A DNA stretch of 64,000 nt from contig NMRA01000225.1 in assembly GCA_002633005.1 (NCBI GenBank), forward strand, positions 117,297-181,296, read 5' to 3'. Each line of letters opens with the position of its first letter. Position 1 is the first letter of the stretch. This document shows positions 12,466 to 24,733 of this stretch, in pieces. This stretch comes from Phoronis australis (Eukaryota > Animalia > Phoronida). The position numbers and the translations under genes are program-made. The notes under the pieces are model-generated. The model did no database searches. It was not told the DNA's origin and was given only the letters and a program-made list of their open reading frames with translations.

Positions 12466-13990
12466 CACTCCGCGACCAAGCCTGATTTTGCTGTTTACAT
12501 TTTTGCCGATACCGTGACACGAAGGCACGTGCCAACGAAACTTCAAATGGTCGTAATAAAATCGCATATAGGGCGTTTTAAGTACTGCTGACATGTGCAT
12601 GTAACATTATAAACATGAAATTAAACAGCTACTAGTTATGTCTACAATAAAATCTTCATTTACAGCAGATGAAAACTTGATGAAATTTTGATGGGGTGCG
12701 GGGGAACCAAAGGTATGTGTCAATGCTCAGGTGAATATAAATTTAAGATTAGAAAAAACTATCGACTCTATATTACAGGATCAGAGTTGTTTGAATATGA
12801 TTAGGCTTCCTAAGCCTCAACATAACACGTGGCTCGAACACTTCAGAGTACTGCTGAATCAGAAATTTGTCCGTGACAGGTATTACAGGTATTACAGGTA
12901 TCAGAAACTTGATCAGAGTAGTCATATTAACCTATGATTTATCTGTCTCAGACAGGGTCAGTGGTGATGTGGAACACTTAATATCTTTTCACAACACTTC
13001 TACCATGACACCAAGATACCTAATACATCAAGACCGAGTTACATGGGAGCTGTTACTTCTTCACCCGTGCGTGGACATCATTGTAATGGCTCGAAATTTC
13101 GGTGTCTCCGAATTAGAGATTCGGACCTCATGACCATAAGCCACGTTCCACAGTGTTGGCTGTGGACGAATGCTTCGCTAAAGGCAGACGTCAGAGACAT
13201 ATCAATTGAGAGAAAAACTGGCATTTGACAATCCAGTTCTTCATTCTNCCACTCCGCGACCAAGCCTGATTTTGCTGTTTACATTTTTGCCGATACCGTG
13301 ACACGAAGGCACGTGCCAACGAAACTTCAAATGGTCGTAATAAAATCGCATATAGGGCGTTTTAAGTACTGCTGACATGTGCATGTAACATTATAAACAT
13401 GAAATTAAACAGCTACTAGTTATCTCTACAATAAAATCTTCATTTACAGCAGATGAAAACTTGAGGAAATTTTGATGGGGTGCGGGGGAACCAAAGGTAT
13501 GTGTCAATGCTCAGGTGAATATAAATTTAAGATTAGAAAAAAACTATCGACTCTATATTACAGGATCAGAGTTGTTTGAATATGATTAGGTTTCCTAAGC
13601 CTCAACATAACACGTGGCTCGAACACTTCAGAGTACTGCTGAATCAGAAATTTGATCAGAGTAGTCATATTAACCTATGATTTATCTGTCTCAGACAGGG
13701 TCAGTGGTGATGTGGAACACTTAATATCTTTTCACAACACTTCTACCCTGACAGCAAGATACCTAATACATCAAGACCGAGTTACATGGGAGCTGTTACT
13801 TCTTCACCCGAGCGTGGACATCATTGTAATGGCTCGAAATTTCGGTGTCTCCGAATTAGAGATTCGGACCTCATGACCATAAGCCACGTTCCACAGTGTT
13901 GGCTGTGGACGAATGCTTCGCTAAAGGCAGACGTCAGAGACATATCAATTGAGAGAAAAACTGGCATTTGACAATCCAGTTCTTCATTCT
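12466..13990. repeat. Near-identical direct duplication across the N at 13248 (probable haplotype-overlap artefact)
   Basis: 12466-13247 vs 13250-13990 differ by a few SNPs and a ~40 bp indel. The junction is exactly the single N. Confidence 0.8.
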
Positions 13991-14800
13991 CTAGACACGC
14001 ATTTCCAGAACGCAGGTGAGAGCTGGACGTTTGTCACGAAAGGTGGACCAATTAGCAATTGCGAGATATATTGGATCTATGCATGGGAATTTAGATATGC
14101 TATCTAGCAGAGAAGCTCTAATCATAACCTCTGTGTGACCTCCAGACGAGATCTTTTCCGTGAAGCAGCTGCGAAGAGGAAACATTCATCAAACTAACAT
14201 AGGCACTTGACCTTGTCAGTAGTTAAGATCTGTTCAAGATTCTCTCCAATATTGGATGTCCACAGAGATTCCTGATCTTCAATGCATCTCAATTTTCTAA
14301 AGAACATGGAGTGGAGGACAACATGGTTATTTGTGCGTTAACATCATCGATAGCAGTTGACGTTCGCAGAGATGTGAAACAGGACCGTGTCTAAGCCCCT
14401 TGCCTGGTACGCATTATGGAATTCCGTTAAAAATGAAATGTTTAGAGATGCTCAGGAGGGAGTCTACCAGAAAATCCGATTGGATGGAAAACTCTCCACC
14501 TTTTCCAGCTGAAAGACCACCAAAAACTCTTCTCAAATGACAGAGATCATTGCATGCTCATCAAGACCTTCGACTACTCAATAGTCGCTTTAGTTATGCT
14601 ATAGTTAAGATTTTGGTCTTACATCAGCTTCAAAAAGACAACTCAAGTCCGAATGCATATTTTCTATGTGAAATAAAAAGAACGCAAGCTAGATGTCTAC
14701 AATTTTGCACTTCTTAGCCCAGTCCTCTTCTACTCGACTCATCACTATTCGAAGACGTGCACGTGGGAGATTTCCAAATTATGTTGACCAATCTGTCATT
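12900..14800 (+). mobile_element. Decayed RTE-clade LINE (endonuclease end plus reverse transcriptase)
   Basis: RTE-like motifs in broken frames: HQDRVTW...VDII (endonuclease end), DEIFSVKQL, FIKLT*ALDLVS, LFKILSNIGCPQRF, DVKQ (GVKQG), QEGVYQKIRLDGKL, FGL..ISxKKT. Boundaries are approximate. Confidence 0.75.
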
Positions 14801-14958
14801 GACGGATAAGTCTGGCCCGGTACCAGACCACAGCAGTTTGACCCTATTGAGATATTGGCGGGTGACAATCACACCTAAGGTTAAGCGTATGAAACTTCAG
14901 CTGACCGGACTCTGATAAATGTCGCCTTCATATCACTGATATGAAGTTTTCGTTGCAG

Positions 14959-15674
14959 AGAACACGCCTGCCATGTTGCCTCCCTCCAGTGACCTTGTGC
15001 AAAAGATGGCCATACCGTCCGCACAGGGGACGCCGCCCCAGTCAGCCATGCGTAAGTACATAGATGTTTTGTTACCAAGATTTCACTATCAGTTGCCGAA
15101 ATGCAGTGCTCGCAGAGCCACAGATGCAAGTGAACTTATTGCATGCTATTTCCATACTGTTTTGAATTCCTTTACACTGATATTAGTAATACAAACAATT
15201 TTGGAAATCTTCAGCATCTTCTAAAACGTGGAAGCTGGATAACCTTACATAGAATTGCATAATAACGATGAACGAGTCACGTGTGTTGCAGTTTGAGAAC
15301 TTTGTTAGGTCCTTGGTTTTGGGATTTTTTTCATACAACCGAGCACTGATGCATGAACGTTACTTGTATAATCAATTCCACCGAGTTGTTTGGTTTTAGC
15401 GTCGGCGCCACCGCCACCACCAGTGTTCGTGGACATGGGTCAGAAGACTGGAGCTGAAAGAATGGTAGAGACGATGGCCGTGGGACAGGCTGTGGGACAT
15501 CTCATGCACGACCAGTTCGGACACGGGCACGGTGGCTACGGCCACGGTGGCTACGGGCACGGGGGATATGGCCACGGGCACGGGGGATATGGCCACGGGC
15601 ACGGTGGATATGGCTACGGGCACGGAGGATTTGGCCAAGGACAGGGGAGTTACGGCCAAGGGGGATTTTTCTAG
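14959..15674 (+). CDS. Gene B, last two exons (>=122 aa): Pro-rich, PSAPPPPP motif, Gly/His/Tyr-repeat C-terminus
   Basis: Exons 14959-15051 (ttgcag|...c|gtaagt) and 15400-15674 (ttttag|...tag), phase 1. Protein: xNTPAMLPPSSDLVQKMAIPSAQGTPPQSAMPSAPPPPPVFVDMGQKTGAERMVETMAVGQAVGHLMHDQFGHGHGGYGHGGYGHGGY...GQGGFF*. AATAAA at 15703. The 5' exons are uncertain. Confidence 0.75.
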
Positions 15675-16360
15675 AGCATTGATTTGAGTTGGCTACGTAG
15701 AAAATAAAATGTTACGTGTTTGTGAGTGTACAGGTACAGAGTAAATCGTTACCAGACACTGCACAGACACTGCGGGGCCATCTTTAATGCAGAAGTTTAT
15801 ATCATGTATGGTGATTCTTTTCAGGCCTATTTCCGAACAAATTACCACAAAAGTATTAAGTCTCTGAGAATATATCCTTAACTCCTAGTTAGGCCTACTG
15901 AGATGACTTCTTACATGTATAAACTTTATTTTGTCAGTGATGTGCCTAGTGCATGGCTAAACCTTTATTCAGTTGTTGTGAAGTCGCATCGTATGACCAA
16001 AAAACAATTAAAGTTCAGCATTTAGCAAAAGAACATAGTATCTGACATGATACCTTTAACTACTACTTATCGAGAAAACTTCTACAAACCTTGTGCTAAT
16101 AATTGTAGCGACCCCTTGTGTCTGTTCATGAAGGTGACAATGAGTTCGTCAGTCCTACGTTTCCACTTCACAACTGCTGAAAACAGCTTAAGCCAAGAAT
16201 GTCGTGAAACAGAACACTGGTCTTTTGACACTTACGTCGTTCCTCATTCACACGTTTAGAAGACTTTGTCATAATTTTTCAACAAGCATGGACATGAGAG
16301 TTTAACGCGTCGGCTCAAACTGGTGAAGGGGACGGGGTGGGAGGGGGNATTTGCGTTAAA

Positions 16361-18277
16361 CGGGACACTGTTAACTGAAGACGACTTGAGCGAGAGTCTG
16401 AAAAAGAGGTGCGTTTTTATACTCCAGTGCGCACAGCAGGCCCACACTTGGTAATTTTAGAAAAATTGATAGCTAACATACCGTTCTTTTTGGAGTAAAG
16501 GCCGTGGTGTTCCTTTAAGGACAAGCTATTGTTTCTCGGATTAATTTCTATGATGCAGTTAATGGTTTTGGAGTACCAAACACAGTATCCGTTTCTCTGC
16601 ACAGAAAACACTCGGTTAGAATCACGTGAAAGAGAAATTATATCACACAATAAAAGCTGAATCGGGAAAAAGTAATGTGATTACTATATGTGCTGACCAG
16701 CACAGTGTTCTTTAAAAAACGAAGAGCATTTATTGAAGGAGATGTTTAGTTTTCGGTATTAAAGGAGACGTTCATTAGATACAGGCTTTCATAAAGGCGG
16801 GTGATTTCTCAGATAAAATTGTTACCACTCACAAATGCACACTCACTGGTAGGACTATCTTTTTTAAAATCAAATTATGTCACAACGGTAAAAACTATTT
16901 ACATAAACCCAAGTTTAGAAATCATAGGGAGAAATCGTGCAGTAGTGTGAAAATAAACTGTTGTTTTCCAACTGATCTGATGTGCAACAACCCAAATCCA
17001 CACATATTTTTTCTGCTGATGACGTCATGATTACAATCAGAATGTGGGCTTAAAATGAAATTCTGAATGGCAACAATTGGGGGTAAAACTACTTCAGGGC
17101 TTTAAAACAAACAGGTCATTTAAACAACGAGGACCGAATAAACACCTGGAAATCGCCATGAGCTGTTTGCCGTGCTGTGGTAAAAAAAGTAAGTGACCTC
17201 AAGCCATATTAACAAAATCTTTTCTAATTCAAATTGTCTGCTTTAATCGGTATACGAGTAAGATCTTAACAAATCGTTCCTTATATGAACTTGTCAAGAT
17301 GCAATCGAAAATGAATTTAATATTNGGGAGACTGTTAACTGAAGACGACTTGAGAGAGAGTCTGAAAAAGAGGTGCGTTTTTATACTCCAGTGCGCACAC
17401 CAGGCCCACACTTGATAATTTTAGAAAAATTGATAGCTAACATACCGTTCTTTTTGGAGTAAAGGCAGTGGTGTTCCTTTAAGGACAAGCTATTGTTTCT
17501 CGGATTAATTTCTATGATGCAGTTAATGGTTTTGGAGTACCAAACACAGTATCCGTTTCTCTGTACAGAAAGCACTCGGTTAGAATCACCTGAAAGAGAA
17601 ATTATATCACACAATAAAAGCTGAATCGGGAAAAAGTAATGTGATTACTATATGTGCTGACCAGCACGTAGTTCTTTAAAAAACGAAGAGCATTTATTGA
17701 AGGAGATGTTTAGTTTTCGGTATTAAAGGAGACGTTCATTAGATAGAGGCTTTCATAAAGGCGGGTGATTTCTCAGATAAAATAGTTACCACTCACAAAT
17801 GCACACTCACTGGTAGGACTATCTTTTTTTAAAATTAAATTATGTCACTATTTACATAAACCCAAGTTTAGAAATCATAGGGAGAAATCGTGCAGTAGTG
17901 TGAAAATAAACTGTTGTTTTCCAACTGATCTGATGTGCAACAACCCAAATCCACACATATTTTTTCTGCTGATGACGTCATGATTACAATCAGAATGTGG
18001 GCTTAAAATGAAATTCTGAATGGCAACAATTGGGGGTAAAACTACTTCAGGGCTTTAAAACAAACAGGTCATTTAAACAACGAGGACCGAATAAACACCT
18101 GGAAATCGCCATGAGCTGTTTGCCGTGCTGTGGTAAAAAAAGTAAGTGACCTCAAGCCATATTAACAAAATCTTTTCTAATTCAAATGGTCTGCTTTAAT
18201 CGGTATACGAGTAAGATCTTAACAAATCGTTCCTTATATGAACTTGTCAAGATGCAATCGAAAATGAATTTAATATT
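16361..18277. repeat. Near-identical ~960 bp direct duplication across the N at 17325 (probable haplotype-overlap artefact)
   Basis: 16361-17324 vs 17326-18277. The first copy is a short contig between the N's at 16348 and 17325 and duplicates exon 1 of gene C at 17158. Confidence 0.8.
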
Positions 18278-19519
18278 TTCAGCTGTACCAAAAGTGGAAC
18301 CCACCCGTGAAAAAGGTAAAAATATCAAGAAAGTTCACATTTTTACACAATTGCATGACCCAACATCGAAGATGTTAGTGAATGAGTTACGCAAAAACGA
18401 AAAAGTGTTGTGAAACGTGACTTCTGGTTGTGACGACACGTACAGCCAGATACATGTACATGTATAGCCTCTCTAAGTCGCTTGCCAAGCGGCAGTTGAC
18501 TCTTGGCTGAACGGTTTAGAAGCTTGGCCATCGCTCGTGCAACCTGGGTCAAGTTCTGAAGTTTTCTACACAGGTGACGGTTATTTTTCAATCAATATTC
18601 TGACACTACCTGAATACACTTTCACTATAAAATCGGCATTAAACCCGTGCTCTTTGTCTAAAAAGCGAGTAGTTTTGATTCAGGTCATTTATCGTTTACA
18701 TTTGATCTCAAGTTGTTTTTTTAACGAAATATGTCATATTCCTAAGCTTGAGAAAATAAACAGCTGATTATTTCTTTAGACCAAGCTCGTAAAATTTCAC
18801 GTCACGCGGAGACTTTAGATTTATAAACTTGGTATCAGTGAAGAAATAACCAACTGTCAGTTCCTCTCGAGCACCGAGACCATTTCTAAACTGACTAAGG
18901 AAAAACACAAGGTCAGGTTTATAAGTGTAATTCGCCTAAATCAAAACCTTGTTTTTGACAAAAAGCACGGGCTTAATAACGCTTTAAAGCATACCAAACT
19001 TGACTACGGAACTTTTCAGCAAGCGAGCCAGGTCGACCAATACAGAAAGAACCCCCCGCACAGGCGACCCCTCGTGACATCACTGATATTTTGCACATCA
19101 ACGGTAAAACTCTGCCACCAGTAGATGGCACTGTTCATGGTGATTACTCTGGACAGTCCGAGCCGCCGGCAAAAATAGACGTGAGCAGGGGCAAAATCAC
19201 ATACAAGTCCCATGTGCACCACGAATCGTTGCCCATAACAGCCCAGGGCCCCACACAACACCCCGACAGAACACGTCATTCAATCGGTCCTGCCAAACCA
19301 GACCGTCTGTCGATTAGTAACGAACACATAGTCCAGGCTAAGCTCCAGGAACTAGCCGGTGGTCACGGTCTACACCACGTGGAGGATCAAGAGTACATAG
19401 CGGTCGAGAAAGAGTTGGCGTGTCCCACTACTCCACCACCCTCACAAATGGTTCTGGAGAACGAGGAAACGAGCACAAACAATAACAATAATTTCGATTC
19501 CGTATACGGTAAAAATTAA
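18111..19519 (+). CDS. Gene C (spliced, ~187 aa): N-terminal Cys cluster plus Lys, hydrophilic Pro/His-rich disordered body
   Basis: Exons 18111-18141 (gccATG...a|gtaagt), 18283-18315 (ttttcag|...g|gtaaaa) and 19020-19519 (ttttcag|...taa). Phase-1 introns; 564 nt open. Protein: MSCLPCCGKKTVPKVEPTREKASEPGRPIQKEPPAQATPRDITDILHING...FDSVYGKN*. Confidence 0.75.
18627..18988. mobile_element. MITE with degenerate TIRs in intron 2 of gene C
   Basis: attaaacccgtgctctttgtctaaaaa...gttttgattcagg pairs with cctaaatcaaaac...tttttgacaaaaagcacgggcttaat. The right end abuts TTAA. Confidence 0.55.
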
Positions 19520-19587
19520 GTGACAATTTACTAAACTACTTTTGCTAAGCTGAGCAAAGGCATTTCAACACCAGTTTTGCGATTTAA

Positions 19588-19844
19588 AGACAGATTGGAA
19601 CACGTTTGCAAAATGTTTACGAAATAGTTCGGCCAAAAGCTCCAAAAGAGACCTTTTCTTAGAGTTCACAAGTCCAGGCCACAATGTATTAAGCTTCATC
19701 AATCGAAAAACATCGTTGAAATATGCTTATCTTACATTTTTAGCAAGCTTACAAAAAGGACTATCGACTATTTTAGTTGGCGCGAAAAAGATTTGATCCG
19801 GTTTGCGTTGAATGAAGTTCATTCAGATGAAGAGGAAGCTGTCT
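19588..19844. mobile_element. Short TTAA-flanked (Kolobok-like) MITE
   Basis: ttaa|AGACAG...CTGTCT|ttaa. The TIR is short. Confidence 0.4.
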
Positions 19845-22384
19845 TTAAACCGTGATCAGCTGTACTTTTAAACATAAGGAAAACTAAAGTAGTTAAAATG
19901 TAAAAGTATCATCAGTTCCTTTAACCACCGAGGTTTCGCAATCTGACGCCGACTGGCACTTAAACAGCGGCAGGACACGGGAAAGAGGACGTCTGTGTGG
20001 GCGGGATTCATTCTTGTTGCGACAATGTCACAAAAAACACATCACACGCGCGAATCTCAATTACGTACAGTGCCTTGCTCACCCTCATTCGATGCAATAT
20101 TCTTCATTTTACGGCGGTGCAACGTTATCCATTACACACAGAGCACCTCGAGTATTTTTGTAGCCTCAAATTTGCCCTCGAATGTGACCGTTGTCGGCGC
20201 ATGCGCGAACGTCAGTCCCCTCGCAAGCCATGTGACTTTGGAACTGGAGAACGATAGTGCCGTCCCGGAATACACGGCGATAGAACTTTCCTTTGTCTCG
20301 CGTGACCTCGTTATGGAAATCAGGCACATTTTTGTGTATCTCGATGATGTCGGGAAGGCGAAGAATTTCACAACACGCATCAAGTTTATCAAACTTTCAC
20401 ATCTAGGAGTTGCAGCCCACAGCACAGCAGTAATAAGCCTACTTTGTTGGAATTGGAAGGATCGACGAATAGATTAATGCAACCGAGAAAAACTTGTAAA
20501 GATCAGACAATAATAACTTGAACTCCAATGGTGACGAAAACGAGGCAGTAAATGTGCCTGACGGATGTTTACGGCATTGTGGGTAAATGCAGCGAGATTC
20601 GAATGTCCCAGTGTACGTAATCCGGGACGGCGCCGAATCCTCCGAGGAATAATTTGAGGCATCCAGGTATCGTTACCGTCGAAGAGCTGGGATGCCCCTG
20701 TGATAACAGTTAGCCTTAAACAACCCATCACGAGGAAGCAAGTTAATAAGAATGACGTCGCCTACGAGTTTTGAGACCTGCTCTGTCATAATTTTATTCG
20801 TCTCTTGATAATGTCCCCTTTGGTTTAAAGACTGAAGCTCGCAAATACGCAGTTTCGAAACACCTCCGAGGGATATAATCAGTTAAAGGTTTCCAAATAC
20901 CCGAGATTTCCAGATGCCTCAAATTGCCTCTCGAATCTACGCGGGTGCGAACTTCAATATCTCGTTTTACAATAAATCATGTGATTCTCAAAATGGAGAA
21001 TGCCGTCGAATGCCCTTCACGAGGCAGGCCTTTGCCGTCTCGTGACCTATAGTAATGATTGTAAATCGCACATGCACTGACATAAAACACCTCTGAGGAA
21101 ATTTAAGGATACGAAAACACCCGAGGCGTTTCAGCGGCGGCGACGTGGCTCTCGGACAGATGGGTGTTTCATATCAGTGCATGTGCGAAGATCTAATGCA
21201 GCAAATAAATTGACTCAGTCAAAACGGAGTGCCGTTGACTGCACCGGGATACACTCACTTCCGGAATACCTAGGCTTGGGATTCGTTGCAATCCCCCACA
21301 TATGTGCATACACGCGAACTGTAATCACTTGAACATTAAGAGATTTGGACAGGAGACGGTGATAATCATGGTTACACAAAGGTCAATGTCAATCCTTATC
21401 CTTTTTTCTGATACTTTGACTGTCAACAAAAAGCCTTTTATCACAGTGGTAACCCAGAGCATTTGGAGGCATCTACCAAATGCAAACGGGTTAGACAATC
21501 ATCCAGGTAAACCATGCAGTACTCGAACACAGTAATAAACATTTATCTTGAGTTCATATTAGAATAGAACGGAAAATGTCAAAAATGACTTGCAATTCAA
21601 TTTCGGGTACAAAGATTGGGCCTCGGGACCTGCTGGCAGGCCATAATTTTAGATGCCACTTAACCGAATCCCTTTGCTATTATGATTGAACCTCATCCGA
21701 GTAATAATTTGAAGCTACGGAAGTACCCGAGGTGTCAAACGTAACACCGAGAAAATTAAAAAGATACAAAAGGAAACAGTTGCCCTAAAATACGACGTTC
21801 ACAGAAGTCCGATGTGTATGTGAAGAATCTTCAATGAATGTACAGTAGGCCTACAGTTTTTAGCTCGAGAATTATATTCTTATTGCCTTAAATATCTGTC
21901 AAAAAGACAGTATTCACGAGCTTCTCTTCTAATACGTGGTGAGGTCTCGCGAAGGTTTGAGTGGTCTTGCGTTTTCGCGAGTTTCTTGCGTCCAAGAACG
22001 CAGGCCTATCGTAGTATAAACGCGGCACTCTAATACACAAATTACAACTCCTTACGTAAACAAAAGGAATATTGTCAATCGAATAAACTTGACAGTAGTC
22101 TTAAAGCAGTTGACGCACGAGAATGTGTGCCTCGTTGAAAAGCAGCTAGAGAAACAACTACGTTCTCGATGTCAGGCTGCGAAACCTCATCTACCTGTGA
22201 AATCAAAGGCTAAGGTACTCGAATGTAAACTACCAAGATTTAATTCAGACAAGACCCCACTTTAGAGTATGAAAATAGGCAAGGACATACTTTGAGTGGA
22301 AGTAACCAGCCACAATTTCTTAGGATTGTTATTCTATTCATATGTCGTAAACGATCGATTAGCTGGTAAAATCGGACATTTTCA

Positions 22385-22855
22385 AGGGGTAAACAAATAG
22401 ACGGACTTCAAAACAACTTTCTCGGACTTTTAAACTAGTTGGCTGGACTGCAAAACCCAATAGAAGGTGATCTAACGTGGTGGCAGAGACCTCAAAACAG
22501 GTTGGCCGGTGCCTCAAAACCCAAAAAAGCTGGTTCAGTGTGCCAGACCTAAAACGGGTTGGCCGGTGCTCAAACACAATGGCCGAATAAATCGCCGATT
22601 TTGATCAAAACAAACAAACGAGTACGAAAAATAAACGCTTGAAGTCACTCGAATCCTTCAAGACATTCAGAACTGGTTATAGCACCGGTTATCGCGTTTT
22701 GGGTCTAAGCAACTACATGTAGTTGTTTGGGTGAGGCCATCGCGTTTTGAAGTCCGGACAACACGTTTGATTACTGGCCATTTGGTTTTGCACTCCAGTC
22801 AATTGGCTTTGAAGTCCGGACAAGTAGTTTTGAAGTCCGACCAATTGGTGACTCC
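22385..22855. mobile_element. Foldback-like element whose arms are built from ~21 bp subrepeats
   Basis: Left units cggacttcaaaac/agacctcaaaac and right units gttttgaagtccgg. The arms are imperfect reverse complements over ~100 bp. Confidence 0.6.
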
Positions 22856-22938
22856 CCCCGTGACTCCATACTTAAACTCATTAGGCTCAACAATCTTCTG
22901 GATTCTCAGCAATATCTAGAAACTGTCTTGCATTACAG

Positions 22939-24733
22939 GCACATCAGACATAAACAGTGTCTGGGTTCCCGAATCAACGGAACCAGTTTTAGAGCTTGAT
23001 ACAAATGACAACAACCGAGCTTGTAGTGAATCAATCCAGTTGGATGTGACTCCTGACCAACCGTGTTTGCCCCAAAACATCAAAGCAAGCAACCTCACTT
23101 GCGACCAATACGAAAAGACACAAAAGAATCAAGAAATTGCCTGTGTTTGCAATGAATCTGCTCAGCCACATTTGGATGCAAAATTTGAAAAGCAATGCGC
23201 CAACCTCAAAACCAATGAAGAGCTTTTAAACGACGCTACCGTCGCCAGCAAATGTAGTCCCTCGGGAGATAACCAAAGGCATAGCTCTCCTCGTCAAGAA
23301 TCTAGCGAACCAAGTGAAAACAGAGACACTCATGGCAACAACAGGTGTAATTGCAATGACACTAAGAAAGAAGGTAACCCTGACAAAGGCGTGGATAGCT
23401 GCACTGGCGTGGAATTAACACTAGTAACACAAAGACCAAGCTGTAAAGATGACGCTTATATATCCATCGAGTTCAGTTCGCACCTTTCAAACTCGAACGA
23501 AAAGCTGAACGTTACTAGTTGCTCGTGTGCAGAATCTGATGTAGAATGTTTGACCATGAACAACGACTGCGCAAGCACCGAATTCCACCAAGACGACGGA
23601 CTTCCAACCATCACTGTGTGTAACGCTCCTGATATGGAAGAACGCGACGGGAACGAAGACTGCAGCTCTGCACGTGCATTAGAATCGAGAAAGGAACACC
23701 TCGACGAGCCGAGGGTTGACTCGAGATTTGATTCTTCAGATCATACCAACGAAAACAACCGTACTTGCACCGAATCAAGATTAGTAATGTCAGAGCAAGA
23801 CCTAAATTTTAGCTGCACGTGTGTGGAAACTTACCTGGGACCTGCTGACGAAGAATTTGGCACTTTAAAAACTGTAGAGCAAACCGACACCAACTACACC
23901 GGTGCTGAAAGCATTTACGGACTTCCATGCTATGATATCAACGTCAATAACCGCACCGACACAGAGTCTAACTTTGAAGTAACAAGTGCTGGTTCCAGCC
24001 GTACACACACTCCTTGCAATCGACGTGATCACGACAACAGCACACGACCCAATCTCGTGAAAGGCTTGCCTCACTGTAACAACACTGGCATCACGACACT
24101 CTACATGGCCAACAAGACAAGACCGCCTAGTGGGTTTGTTCCTGCCTATCCAGCCAATTACCCCATTGCCTGTGCAGGTAATCTCCAAAAATTTTGACAG
24201 ACTCCAACAGCCTCTTAACCTGTTCTTCCGTACACATAACTCATAGCATGCCGTGTAGCTCAGTTAGACGTCGAGGGTGTAGGGGCGGTGAGGTAAAGTG
24301 AATGCTATTGCGTACTGCCGCATGTGCATACATCCTTGCAGCTGGCCTGTAACAGAGTCACGATGCGGAAAATAAACGCGTATGAAATGTACACATTCGA
24401 CCAGACAAGATATATTACGCGCTTTTGATCAGTGACCAAACGTAGTAGATCAAAACGACACGACCCATAGTCTTCTATTCTGTGCCCAGATTACTCACCT
24501 AAACGGCATGAAGTATGTTACAACTGCATAACGCATTTGCACAAAGACTTTCCTAAATCAAAGCTTTTTCCTTCTCTTCTACAGGTATGTACCGCCTGGA
24601 CACAAGCGAATGTGCTCACTGCACAACACATGCAGGTTTATCAACGGTTGACTTCATGCAAGCACTTGTCGTTGCATTTGTGGGCGCCCTTCTTCCTGGT
24701 GACAGCCTCAACGTGCAGAACTTCTGGTCGTGA
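22939..24733 (+). CDS. Gene D, last two exons (>=462 aa): Cys/Asn/Thr/acid-rich low-complexity protein with a C-terminal hydrophobic segment
   Basis: A 1239 nt open exon 22939-24177 (cattacag|...gcag|gtaatc, phase 1/1; contains track ORF 23040-24197) and final exon 24585-24733 (cttctcttctacag|): GMYRLDTSECAHCTTHAGLSTVDFMQALVVAFVGALLPGDSLNVQNFWS*. AATAAA at 24752. Candidate upstream exon 21447-21506. Start codon not found. Confidence 0.75.

Noticed and set aside
12466-13990. Apparent recent tandem duplication with paired ORFs
   Set aside because: The junction is a single N and differences look allelic; most likely overlapping contig ends. The ORFs are RTE debris.
16361-18277. Apparent duplicated promoter and exon 1 of gene C
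   Set aside because: The extra copy is bounded by N's and stops just before the exon-2 acceptor; probably an assembly artefact.
19995-20731. Overlapping ORFs on both strands in a CpG-rich patch, including an unlisted minus frame 20166-20396
   Set aside because: No recognisable motif and no consistent splice or start signals. Coding cannot be excluded but is unsupported.
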